Of a stretch of DNA of 64,000 nucleotides, positions 12,701 through 25,700 are shown piece by piece (positions within the stretch are counted from its first letter, which is position 1; the number at the start of each line of letters is the position of its first letter). The position numbers and the translations under genes were made by a program. The stretch lies in NCBI RefSeq assembly GCF_009914755.1, contig NC_060935.1; one strand, 5' to 3'. The notes below the pieces were generated by a model. It saw only the letters and a program-made list of their open reading frames with translations. It made no database searches and was not told where the DNA came from. Source of the DNA: the human T2T-CHM13v2.0 reference genome, Homo sapiens.

Positions 12701-15540
12701 AAATTACAAGGAAATTAAACAACCTACTCCTGAGTGGCATTTTAATAAACAATAAAATTAAAATTAAGGGAGAAATCAATAATTTTTTTGAAATTAATGA
12801 AAACAAAGATACAACATACCAGAATCTCTGGGATACAGCTAAAACAATCTTAAGAGAAAACTTTATATTAATAGTTCTAAACACTCATATAAAAAAGAAA
12901 GATTCACATTAACAACCTAACATCATCACTAGAGAAACTAGGAAAATAATTGTAAACCAACTACAAAGCTAGAAGACAAGATATAACCAAAATCAGAGCT
13001 GAATTGAGTAAAATTGAGATGCCAAAAAAAAAACATACAGAAGATCAACAAAACCAGACTTTGGTTTTTTGAAAGAATAGATAAGATTTATGACAGCTAG
13101 CTAGACTAATAAAGAAAAAGACAGAAGATCCAAATAAACACAATTAGAAATGACAAAGGGAACATCATCACTGACTCCAGAGAAATGCAAAAGAATCCTC
13201 AGAGACTATTAGAACACCTCTATGCACATAAACTAGAAAACCTGTAAGAATTGGATAAATTCTTGGAAGCATACAATCTCCCAAGATTAAAACAGGAAGA
13301 AACTGAAATTCTGAACATATCAATAACAAGTTCCAAAACTGAATTAATAATAAACAGCCTACCAGACAGAAAAATGTCCAGTGCCAGATGGATTCACAGA
13401 CAAATTCTACCAGATGTATAAAGAAAAGTTGATACCAATCCTACTGATACTATTCAAAAAATGGAGGAGGAGGGACTCCTCCCTAACTCATTCTACAAGG
13501 TTAGCATCATTTAGATACCAAAACCTGGCAGAGACACTACAGAAAATTAAAACCTTAGGGCAATATCCTTGAAGAACGTTGATACAAAAATCCCCAACAA
13601 AATACTAGCAAACTGAATCCAGAATCACATTAAAAGTGAATCCATCATGATCTTGTAGTCCTTATCCCTGGGATGCAAGGTTGGTTCAACATATGCAAAT
13701 CAATAAGTGTGATTTATCACATAGGCAGAACTAACAACAACAAAAGAAGGTCATCTCAATAGATATAGAAAATGCTTTCAATAAAATTCAACATTCCTTT
13801 ATGTTAAAGAAACCTCAACAAACTAGGCATTTTGAGGAACATGCCTCAAATAATGAGCCATCTATAACAAACCCACTGCCAGCATCATACTGAATGAGTA
13901 ACAGCTGGAAGCATTCCCCCTGAGAATTGGAACAAGATAAGGATGCTCACTCTCACCACTCCTATTCAACATATTACTGGAAGTCCTAGCCAGACCAATC
14001 AGGCAAGATAAATAAATAAAAGGCATTCAAACAGGAAGAGAGGAAGTCAAACTATCTCTGTTTGCAGATGACATGAGTTTATACCTGGAAAACCCCATAG
14101 TCTTTGCCTAAAGGCTCCTAGATCTAATAAACAACTTCAGCAAAGTTTCAGGATACAAAAATCAATGTACAAAAATTAGAATTTCTATACACTACAACAT
14201 CCAATCTGATAGACAAATGAAGAATGTAGTCCCATCCACAATAATCATATGAAAATAACTAGAAATACAGCTAATCAGGATGGTGAAAATTTTTTACAAT
14301 GAAAATTACAAGACACTGTTGAAAAAAATAAGAGATGACAGAAATAAATGGGAAAAAAAATCCATGCTAATGGATAGGAAGAATCAATATGTTTAAAATG
14401 GCCATACTTCCCAAAGCAACTTACAGATTCAATGCTATTCCTATCAAACTATCAGTGATATTTTTCACTTAATTAGAAAAAAAATCTAACATTCATATGG
14501 AACCATATAACTATAAAAATGCTAGAAGAAAACCTACAAATATTCCTGATATAGGCTCTAGCAAAGATTTCATGACAAAGATTCAAAAGAAATTGCTATA
14601 TGAACAAAAATCAACAAATGGGATTAATTAAATTAACGAGCTTCTGCCAGCAAAAGAAACTATTAACAAAGTAAACAGATAATATTTAGAATAGGAGAAA
14701 ATATTTGCAAACTCTGCATCCAAAAAAGGTCTAATATCCAGAATCTGTAAGGAATTTAAACAAATTAACCAAGCAAGAATTAAACAACTCCATTAAAAAG
14801 TGGGCAAAGGACATAAACAAACAGTTTTAAAAAGAAAACATACACATGGCCGGCAAGCCTACAAAAAAATGCTCAACATCACTGATCATAAGAGAAACGT
14901 AAATCAAAAACAGAATGAGATGCCATCTCACAGCAGTCAGAATGGTTATTATTAAAAAGTCAAAAAATAACAGGTGCTGGTGAAGTTGTAAAGAAAAGGG
15001 AATATTTATATCTGCTGGTAGAAATCTGAATTAGCCAGTGTTCAAAGCAGTTTGGCTTAAACTGCTACCATTTGATCCAGTAATTCTATTATTTGTACAT
15101 CGTCAAAGAAATAGAAATTGTTCTACCATAAAGACGTGCACGCATATGTTTATCAAAGCACTATTCACAGTAACAAAGACATGCAATCAACCTAAATGCC
15201 CATCAGTAGTGGACTGGATAAAGAAAATGTGGTATATGTACACCATGGAATACTACACAGCCATAAAAGAGAATACTGTATGTTCTCACTTTTAAGTGAG
15301 AGCTAAACATTGAGGACACACGTTCACAAAGAAAGAAGTGGTAGACACTGGGGCCTACTTGAGGGTGAAGGGTGGAGGGTGAGGACTGAAAAACTACCTA
15401 TTAGTTGATATGCTTATTACCTGAGTGATGAAATAATCAATATATCAAACCCCCATGATGTATAATTTATCTATATAACAAACCTACTCATGTATCGTTA
15501 AACCTAAAATAAGCTTAAAAAATAGAAAGGAAAAAAAAAG
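9744..15540 (+). mobile_element. Near full-length, inactive L1PA15/16-like LINE-1
   Basis: 5' end 'gagggagccaagatggc'. ORF1 ATG at 10904 (MRKNQCKNSGNSKS), ORF2 ATG at 11976, RT motif tttgcagatgacatg (FADDM) at 14061. L1PA16-type 3' UTR and A-tail. Many stops, frameshifts and deletions. Confidence 0.92.
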
Positions 15541-15584
15541 ATGAATGAAAATGCATTCAAAGACTAACACAAAAATAATTTAAG

Positions 15585-16170
15585 TGAAAAAGACTGACCA
15601 GATCATGTATTGGTAAGGATATAGAGGAACTTCAACTCTCAAACTCCATTGATTGGGATAAAAATAATATAAGCACTTTGAAAAACAATTTGGTACTTTT
15701 AAAATATTTAAATACATATCTGACGTGATATACACACTATCACTCGTCAATTTCACTTCTCAACATGTATATAAGAGAAAAATCGTCAAAATTCATGTGT
15801 AAGAATGTTCATAGCAGCATGATTCATAATAGCCATATGTCAACAGGATAACTGACATATAAATTTTCTTAATAAAATCCAATAAGGTTGAATAAAACAG
15901 TCAAAAGAATTAACAAATCCAACACATAGATAAATCTCGCAAACATAATGCTGTTCAAATTAAACCAGAAAAATGCACATATTGTATAATTAAATTTATA
16001 CAAAGTTTAAAAATAGATGTAACTAATCTATGGGGTTAGAAATCCAGATACTGTTACCTTGGTGATTTGCAGGAAGATAGTGACTGGGAGGAGACATGAA
16101 GGGGACTTCTCTGGTATAGGTAACATTCTGTTTCTTCATCTGGATGCACATTACACAGATCCATACATTT
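15585..16170 (+). mobile_element. L1ME-type 3' end; final piece at about 17215-17310
   Basis: 'aactaatctatggggttagaaatccagatactgttaccttgg...ggggacttct...taacattctgtttcttcatctgg' is an L1ME 3' UTR. Confidence 0.7.
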
Positions 16171-16171
16171 C

Positions 16172-17213
16172 AAAACAAAACTTATTGGTGTGTAACTAGC
16201 TTATAACAAATGTAAATATTTAAATCATACCACTTAATAAGTTTTGACATATGTACAGACCAATGAGACTATCACTACACTCAAGTTAGTGAATGTACTC
16301 TTCTCTCCTACTTTTCCCCTCCATTTTAAAGATAAGCATTTACTGATTTTCTTTCCATCACTATAGAGAATCATTTGCATTTTGTAAAGTTTTATGTAAA
16401 TGTAATCATTGAGTATGTATTCTTTTCTGACTAGATTCTTATCTTCAGTATAATTAAGATTTACCTATGTTGTTGCATGCATCAATACTTTATTGTTTTG
16501 TAGCAGGAGGAGCCACAGACAAAACCTCTCAGACACTGAGTTGTAGAAGGAGGGGCTTTATTCAGCTGGGAGCATTGGCAAGCTACTGCCTTAAAAATCT
16601 GAGCTCCCCGAATGCACAATTTCTGTCCTTTTTAAGGGCTCACAACACTAAAGATTTCACATGAAGGGGTCGTGATTGATTTGAGCAAGCAGGTGGTACG
16701 TGACAGGGGCTGCATGTACTGGTGGTCAGAGAGAAACAGAACAGGGCAGGGAGTTTCACAATGTTCTTCTATACAATGTCTGGAATCTATGAATAACATC
16801 AGTTTCTAAGTTATGAGTTGATTTTTAACTACTGGGTTTAGGCCAGGCAGGCCCAGGCCTGGATTCAGGCCTGGCACCGGGCTGCCTGTCTTTGGTTTTA
16901 CTTCCTTGTTGTTTTTTCTAAAACAGGTACTGAGTATAAAACAATATAAAACAATATGAGAGGGTCTCTCTCTCCCCTCAGTTTTATTGCTAAATAGTAC
17001 AAGGTATACTAGGTACATTATATACTAGCATTTTGTATATTAGTACTATATTAATATAATAGTATGTATGTATGGACCACAGTGGTTTATACTTTCATCT
17101 GCTGATAAACCTTTGGAGAGTTTCCAGTTTGGTCTATTACTTAAAATAAAAAGCTGGTATGAACATGTGTGTACACATCTTTGTATGGATGTATATTTCG
17201 TTTTTTCTTGGGT
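16172..17213 (-). mobile_element. L1MC/L1MD-type 3' UTR fragment, split by LTR2C
   Basis: 'aagttttgacatatgtacagacc...gttttatgtaaatgtaatcat...gtttccagtttgg...gaacatgtgtgtacacatctttgtatgga'. Confidence 0.7.
16499..16980 (-). mobile_element. LTR2C solo LTR (HERV-E/Harlequin, ERV1)
   Basis: TG...CA ends, 482 bp. The reverse complement starts TGAGGGGAGAGAGAGACCCTCTCATATTGTTTTATATTG. 4-bp TSD GTTT at 16495-16498 and 16981-16984. Confidence 0.88.
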
Positions 17214-17614
17214 AATTCACATTCTGAAAATTCAACTTGCAGTGTGCTTATAATTCATGTGACCCTATGTATGTTTTATTTTAATTAAAGTTTTATTTTT
17301 AAAAATAAAAGGCTTTATGTGAGGGAAATCAGAATATTTCACATAGAAGTAGCAAAAAAGACATACTTAAAAAAATTCCAGAATTAGAAAATAAGAACAA
17401 AAATAGCTGAGTATAAAAGTGAAAACTATTTCATTTCAATGGGCATTTTCTATAAAAAATAAAAATTATGCTTTTGTCTGTTAAAATTATAGCAAAATAT
17501 TTTAATGTCTCCAGTAAAGAATATTCTACAGTTTTATACCAAACAAACATAACAAAAATACACTAGACAAGCCACAATTAGATACCCTGTTATATAATTT
17601 CCGTTGACTCTAGC

Positions 17615-17852
17615 CTTTTAGTCATTTCTGCCAAGCACCCTGATGTGTGAGTAAAGCCATCTGGATCCTCCAGACCAGCCAATGGCCAGCAGAATAACCC
17701 CATGTCATGTCTGCGATGTTACATGTAATGAAAAATTCACCCCCTTGAATACGGTCCAAATTCCTAACCCATGGCACACTGAGATAGAATAAAATGATTA
17801 CCAATTTAAGATACCAAATTTTGGAGTAGCTTATTGTAGTAGATTTGAAACA
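17615..17852 (+). mobile_element. MLT1 LTR 3' part (MLT1G/H-like)
   Basis: 'gtgtgagtaaagccatctggatcctccagaccagcc...caaattcctaaccca...aaattttggagtagcttatt'. Confidence 0.65.
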
Positions 17853-17921
17853 AAATACTTAGACTGGATTTGTGAGATGCCTTGAAAAGGACTGCAGGAA
17901 ACCTGAGAGAGAAGAGGAATT

Positions 17922-17962
17922 GATGCTTCTCATAGCAGAATATTGAAATCACTTGAGGAATT
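17922..17962 (+). mobile_element. MER5B left part (hAT-Charlie)
   Basis: 'tgcttctca...attgaaatcacttgaggaattt' corresponds to the MER5B start. The rest lies beyond the L1PB1. Confidence 0.5.
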
Positions 17963-19705
17963 TATTTTTCTTATTTTTTTAAATTTTTAATTTTTTTCAA
18001 TAAGTTATTGGGGTACAGGTGGTATTTGGTTACATGGGTATGTACTTTAGTGGTGATTTGTGAGAATTTGGTGCACCCGTCACCCAAGCAGTATACACTA
18101 CACCATATTTGTAGTCTTTTATCCCTCGCCCCCTCTCACTCTTCCCCCCAAGTCCCCAAAGTCCACTGTGTCATTCTTAAGCCTTTGCATCTTAAGCTAT
18201 AAAGCTTAGCTCTCACATATCAGTGAGAACATACAATTTTTTTTTCCATTCCTGAGTTACTTCTCTTAGAATAATAGTCTCTAGTCTAATCCAGGTCACT
18301 GCAAATGCTGTTAATTCATTCCTTTCTATGGCTGAGTAGTATTCCATCATATATATATATATATACCATAGTTTCTTTATCCACTCGTTGATTGATGGGC
18401 ATTTGGGTTGGCTCTCCACAATTGTGCAATTGTGAATTATGCTGCTATAAACAAGCATATGCAAGTATCTTTTTCATATAATGACTTCTTTTCCTCTGGG
18501 TAGATACCCAGTAGTGAGATTGCCGGATCAAATGGTAGTTCTACTTTTAGTTATTTAAGCAATCTGTACACTGTTTTCCATAGTGGATATACTAGTTTAT
18601 GTTCCCACCAGCAGTATAGAAATGTTCCCTGATCACCACATCCATGCCAACATCTACTGATTTTTGATTTTTTGATTATGGCCATTCTTGCAGGAGTAAA
18701 GTCATATCGCATTATGGTTTTGATTTGCATTTCCCTGATCGTTAGTGATGTTGAGCATTTGTTCATATGTTGGTTGGCCATTTGTATATCTTCTCTTTTG
18801 AGAATTGTCTATTCATGTCCTCAGCCCACATTTTGATAGGATTGTTTGTTTTTTTTCTTACTGATTTGTTTGAGTTCATTTTAGTTTCTGGATATTAATC
18901 CTTTGTCAGATGTATAGATTGTGAAAATATTCTCCCACTCTGTGGGTTGCCTGTTTACTCTGATGACTGTTCCTTTTGCCATGCAAAAGCTCTTTAGTTT
19001 AATTAGGTCCCAGATATTTATCTTTGTTTTTATTGCATTTGCTTTTGGGTTCTTGGTCATGAAATTCTTGCTTAAGCCAATGTCTAGAAGGGTTTTTCCA
19101 ACGTTATCTTCTAGGATTTTTATAGTTTCAGGTCTTAGGTTTAAGTCCTTAATCCATCTTGAGTTGACTTTTGTATAAGATGACAAATGATTATCCAGTT
19201 TCATTCTCCTACATGTAGCTAGCCAATTATCCCAGCACCATTTGTTGAAAAGGATGTCCTTTCCTCACTTTATGTTTTTGTTTGCTTTGTTGAAGATCAG
19301 TTGGCTATACCTATTTGGGTTTATTTCTGGGTTCTCTATCCTGTTCCATTGGTCTATATGTCTATTTTTATGCCAGTACCATGCTGTTTTGGTGACTAGG
19401 GCCTTATAGCATAGTGTGATATCAGGTAGCATGATGCCTCCAGATTTGTTCTTTTTGCTTAGTCTTGCTTTGGCTAGGTGGGCTCTTTTTTGGTTCCATA
19501 TGAATTTTAGAATTGTTTTTTTCTAATTCTGTGAAGAATGATGGTGAATATTTTGATGGGAATTGCATCGAATTAGTAGATTGCTTTTGGCAGTATGGTC
19601 ATTTTCACAATATTGATTCTACCTATCCATGAGCATGGGATGTGTTTTCATTTGTTTTTGTCATCTATGATTTCTTTCAGCAGTGTTTTGTAGTTTTCTT
19701 TGTAG

Positions 19706-20040
<335 letters not shown>

Positions 20041-20855
20041 GGGGTTGAGTTCTTGATTTGATTCTCTGCTTGGTCGCTGTTGGTGTATGGAAGAGCTACT
20101 GATTTGTTTACATTAATCTTGTATCCAGAAACTTTGCTGAACTCTTTTATCAGTTCTAGGAGCTTTCTGGAGGAGCCTTTAGGGTTTTCAATGTAAACAA
20201 CCATATCGACAACAAACAGTGACAGTTTGACGTCCTTTTAACCAATGTGGATGACCTTTATGTCTTTCTATTGTCTGACTGCTCTGGCTAGAGGAGTTGT
20301 GAGAGTGGGTATCCTTGTCTTGTTCCAGTTCTCAGAGGGAATGCTTTCAAGTTTTCCCCATTCAGTATTAGGTTGTCTGTGGGTTTGCCATAGATGGCTT
20401 TTATCACATTATGTCCCTTGTATACTGATTTTGCTGAGAGTTTAAATCATAAAGTGATGCTGGATTTTGTCTAATGCTCCTTCTGCATGTATTGAGATGA
20501 TCATGCGATTTTTGTTTTTTATTCTTTTTATGTGGTGTATCACATTTATTGACTTGTGGATGTTACAACATCCCTGCTTCCCTGGTATGAAACCCACTTG
20601 ATCATGGTGGATTATCTTTTTGATGTTGTTGGATTTGGTTAGCTAGTATTCCATTAAGGATTTTAGCATCAATGTTCATCAAGGATATCAGTCTGTAGTT
20701 TTCTTTTTTGGTTATGTTCTTCCTAGTTTTGGTAGTAGGGTGATGCTGGCTTCATAGAATTAATTAGGGAGGGTTTCTTCTTTCTCTATCTTGTGGAATA
20801 GTGTCAGAAAGGATGGGTATCAATTCTTTGAATGTCTGGTAGAATTCTGCTGTGA

Positions 20856-21193
<338 letters not shown>

Positions 21194-23693
21194 AATTGGT
21201 AATTTTTAAATTATCATTTCAATCTTGCTGCTAGTTGTTGGTCTGTTCAGGGTATCTAATTCTTCCTGATTCAAGCTAGAAGGGTTGTATTTTTCCAGAA
21301 TTTATCCATTTCTTCTAGGCTTTTTTATTTATATGCATAACGGTGTTCATAGTAGTCTGGAATGATCTTTTGTGGTGTCAGTTATAACATCTCCTGTTTC
21401 ATTTCTTAGTGAGGTTATTTGGATTTTCTCTCTTTTTTTCTTGGTTAATCTTGCTAACGGTCTATCAATTTTATTTATCTTTTCAAAGGACCAGCCTTTT
21501 ATTTCAGTTTTTTATTGAGCTTTTTGTTTCAGTTTCATTTAGTTCTTCTCTGATGTTGGTTAATCCTACATTCTGCTGTGTTTGGGTTTGATTTGTTCTT
21601 GTTTTACTAGTTCTTTGAGGTGTGGCCTTCGAATGTCAGTTTGTGCTCTTTCAGCCTTTTTGATGTAGGCATTTAGGGCTATGAATTTTCCTCTTAGCAC
21701 CACCTTTGCTGTATCCCAGAGGTTTTGGTAGGTTTTATCATTATTGTTACTCACTTCAAATAATTTTTTAATTTCCATCTTGATTTTGTTTTTGACCCAA
21801 TGCTCATTCAGGAGCAGGTTGCTTAATTTCCATGTATTTGCAGGATTTTGAAGGTTCCTCCTTTTGGAGTTGATTTCCAGTTTCATTCTGCTGCGGTCTG
21901 AGAGAGTGCTTGATTTAATTTCAATTTTCTTAAATTCCCTGAGGCTCATTTATGGTCTATTATATGGTTTGTCTTGGAGAAAGTTCCATGTGATGTTGAA
22001 TGGAATGTGTATTCTGTGGTTGTTGGATAAAATGTTCTGTATATATCTGTTAAGTCCATTTGTTGCAAGGCATAGTTTAAATCCTTGAAGTCCCCCACTA
22101 TTATTGGGTTGTTGTCTATCTCATTTCTTAGGTCTATTAGTAATTGTTTTATAAATTTGGGAGCTCCAGTGTTAGGTGCATTTATGTTTAGGATTGTGAT
22201 ATTTTCCTGTTGGACAAGACCTTTTACCATTGCATAATGTCCCTCTTTGTCTCTTTTAACTGATGTTGCTTTGAAGTTTTTTTTGTCTGATACAAGAATA
22301 GCTACTCCCACTCGCTTTTGGTGTCCATTTCCATGAAATGCCTTTTTTCACCCCTTTACTTTATGTGAGTCTTTATGTGATAGGTGAGTCTCCTGAAGGC
22401 AGCAGATAGTCAGTTGGTGAATTTTTATCCATTCTGTGTTTCTGTATCTTTTAAGTGGAGCATTTAGGCCTTTACATTCAATGTTAGTATTAAAATGTGA
22501 GGCACTGTTGCATTCACCATGCTATTTGTTGCCTGTGTACTTTGGTTTTGTTTTATGTTCTTGCTTTTTAAATTGAATTTTTGTTTTATAAGTCCTGCGT
22601 GATTTATCCTTTAAAGAGGTTCTGTTTTGATGTGTTTCCAGGATTTGTTTCAAGATTTAGAGCTCCTTTTAGCAGTTCTTGTAGTGGTGGCTTGGTAGTG
22701 GTGAATTCTCTCAGCATTTGTTTATCTCAAAAAGACTGTATCTTTCCTTCATATATGATGCTTAGTTTTTCTGGATACAAATTTCTTGGCTGATAATTGT
22801 TTTGCTTGAGAAGCCTTAAGATAGGGCCTCAATCCCTTCTAGCTTGTAGGGTTTCTGCTGAGATATCTGCTGCTAATCTGATAGGATTTCCTTTATAGGC
22901 TCCCTGGTCTTGCAGCTCTTAAGATTCTTTCCTTCATCTTAACTTTGGATAACCTGATGAAAATGTGTTTAGGCGATGATATTTTTGCAAAGAATTTCCT
23001 AGGTGCTCTTTGTGATTCTTGTATTTGGATGTCTATGTCTCTAGCAAAGCCAGAGAAGTTCTTCTCGATTATCCCCCCAGATATGTTTTCCAAACTTTTA
23101 GAATTCTCTTCTTCCTCACGAACACCGATTATTCTTAGGTTTGGTCGTTTAACATAATCTCAGACTTCTTGGATGCTTTGTTCATATTTTCTTATTCTTT
23201 TTCTTTTGTCTTTGTTGGATTGGGTTAGTTCGAAGACCTTGTCATTGAGCTCTGAATTTCTTTTTTCTACTTGTTCAATTCTATTGCTGGGACTTTCCAG
23301 AGCATTTTGCATTTCTATAAGTGTGTTCAACGTTTCCTGAATTTTATGTTATTTTTTCTTTAAGCTATTTATTTCCTTGAATATTTCTCCCTTCACTTCT
23401 TGTGGCGTTTTTTGGATTTCCTTGTGTTGGGCTTCACATATCTCTGGTGCCTCCCTGATTAACTTAATAACTAACCTCCTGAATTTTTTTTTTCAGGTAA
23501 ATCAGGGATTTCTTCTTAGTTTGGAGCTATTGCTGGCGAAGTAGTGTGATTTTGGGGGGGTGTTGAAGAGCCCTGTTTTGTCATATTACCAGGGTTGGTT
23601 TTCTGGTTCCTTCTCATTTGGTTAGGCCCTGTCAGAGGGAAGGTCTGAGGCTGAAGGCTGTTGTTCGGATTCTTTTGTCCCACAGGGTGTTCC

Positions 23694-24197
23694 TGTTATA
23701 AAATAAAGTTTTGGTGCCACAAAAGAAATAGCACTTGAATATAAAATTTTATTTTTAATTATCAGCAAGGCAAGTTACTTCTATAGAAGGGTACATCCTT
23801 ACAGATGGAGCAATGGTGAGTGCACACTTAGACAAGGGAGGGGAAGGGGTTCTTATCCCTAACACATGTGGCCCCTCCTGCTGTGTCATTCCCCTATTGG
23901 CTAGGGTTAGACCACACAGGCTAAATGAATTCTGATTGGCTAAATTTAAAGAGAGTAATGGGGTGAGTGGTTTGGCAGGAAAAATTGTTATGATAGAGCA
24001 GGTAATTGGAATGAGTCAGGGTAGAGCAGGCAATCAGAATGAGTCAGGGTGGAGCAGGTAATCAAAATGAGTCAGGCTGGAGCAGGTAATCGAAAAAGGT
24101 TGCTTTATAAGGGAGTTAAGTTTAAAAGTAGAAGGCAAAAAATTGAACATACTGACATATTGATCCTTTGAAAAGAAATTTAGAACTCATATCAACA
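23694..24197 (-). mobile_element. LTR10F-like solo LTR (HERV-I group, ERV1) inside the L1PB1 5' region
   Basis: TGTT...AACA ends. The reverse complement starts TGTTGATATGAGTTCTAAATTTCTTTTCAAAG. It carries a 28-bp internal tandem repeat. TTCC TSD at 23690-23693 and 24198-24201. Confidence 0.88.
23995..24091. promoter_or_regulatory. 28-bp tandem repeat carrying three AP-1 sites (TGAGTCA)
   Basis: TGAGTCA at 24012, 24040 and 24068, exactly 28 bp apart. The motifs are seen directly; function is inferred. Confidence 0.6.
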
Positions 24198-25535
24198 TTC
24201 CCTTGATGTAGTACTCTCCTCCTTTTCCTATGGATGTGGCTTTCTATGAGATGAACTGGAGTAATTGCTATTTCTCTTCTGGGTCTACCCACCCAGCAGG
24301 TCTACCCAGCTCTGAGCTGGTATTGGGGGTTGTCTGCACAGGGTCCTATGACGTGAACCATCTATGGGTCTCTCAGCTGTGGATGCCAGCACCTGTTCCA
24401 GTGGAGGTGGCAGGGGGGTGCAATAAACTCTATGAGAGATCTTAGCTTTGGTGGTTTAATACTCTATTTTTGTGCTGATTGGCCTCCTGCCAGGAGGTGG
24501 TGCTATCCAGAGAGCATCAGCTGTGGTAGTATGAAAAGGAACCACTGGTAGGTGGGGTCCTAGAACTTCGAAGATTATGTTCCCTACTCAGGGTAAGTAG
24601 GGAAGGACCATCAGGTTGAGGCAGGGCTAGGTGTGTCTGAGCTCACACTCTTCTTGGGCGGGTCTTACTAGGGCTGCTGTGGGGGATGTGGGTGAGGTTC
24701 CCAGGTCACTAGAGTTGTGTACCTCGGAGGATTATGGCTGCCTCTGCTGAGTCATGCAGGTTGTCAGGGAAGTGGGGGAAAGCTGACAGTCACAGGCCTC
24801 ACCCAGCTCCCATGCAATCCAAAGGGCTGGTCTCACTCCCACCAAGCCCCCTCCTAACAGCCCTGAGCCTGTTTCCAGATGGTGGGTGAATGGGGCTTGA
24901 AAACCTGCTCCAGGCTAGCCACCTCCCAGCTGTGAAAGAAAAGGGCTTGGTTCTTCCCCAACCTGTGGAGTCTGCATACCAGATTTGCGCGCCTTCCCGC
25001 AAGTTCTGGCCAGGAGGTTTCTCATCCCTTTCAAATTGTCACACAGTTCAGCTAGAGAATTCCTTCTCCCTGTGGAGTTTTACCCCACCCCCGCCCCAGC
25101 CCTCTGCTCCTCGATAGATTCCTGTGGTGCCAGGCAGAAATGGCCTGCTTGGGAACCCAGCAAGCTCCTTCCTCTTTCTGCTCCTTCCTCTACCCCTGAA
25201 TTCACTTGGCTTTCTAAATTGACTCAGCTCTTAGGTAAGGTAGGAAACTTCTCCCACAAACAAACCTTCAGTTTCTCCAATAAGGGTGTGTGTTCGGGAG
25301 AGGAGGCTCTCCCTTACCCACCTCTGTAGATAGTGCACTCACAGTATTTGAGATGTCTTCTAGGTCCTCCAGGAGCCATCCAATTCCTTCAGAGGGTTTG
25401 TGGGTCCTTTCGGGATTGCTGGTTTGTTCTTGCAGTCAATCTGGAGATAAAAATCACAATGAGAACCTCCGCATGATACTGCCCTGTCAGGAGCTGCAAT
25501 CTAGTCCTGCCTCCGGTCTGCCATGATGATCTAAT

Positions 25536-25566
<31 letters not shown>

Positions 25567-25572
25567 TTTTTT
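25536..25572. repeat. (TC)n plus poly-T tract
   Basis: About 11 TC units followed by about 15 T. Confidence 0.9.
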
Positions 25573-25700
25573 AATGTGGATTCCTGGCTTCCACTCTCAA
25601 ATGTGTGATTTAATTGATAGGGGGTATGGCCAGGGCGTGAGGATTTTTAAAAGCTTCTGAGGCGATATTACTAATCAGCCTATGTTTGCCATCACCAGTG
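25573..25700 (+). mobile_element. MER5B right part
   Basis: 'tgatttaattgatagggggtatggccagggc...atttttaaaagcttctgaggcgat...cagcctatgtttgccatcaccagtg'. Confidence 0.65.

Noticed and set aside
10904-15295. Plus-strand ORFs resembling L1 ORF1p/ORF2p
   Set aside because: They are fragments of a dead L1 with many stops, frameshifts and deletions, not a functional CDS.
15541-15585. Possible 3' transduction after the L1PA16 tail
   Set aside because: It is only about 45 A-rich nt, and I cannot identify a TSD to delimit it.
23995-24091. 28-bp periodic repeat as a CRISPR-like array
   Set aside because: The units are contiguous with no unique spacers, there are no cas genes, and it is the known LTR10 internal tandem repeat in primate DNA.
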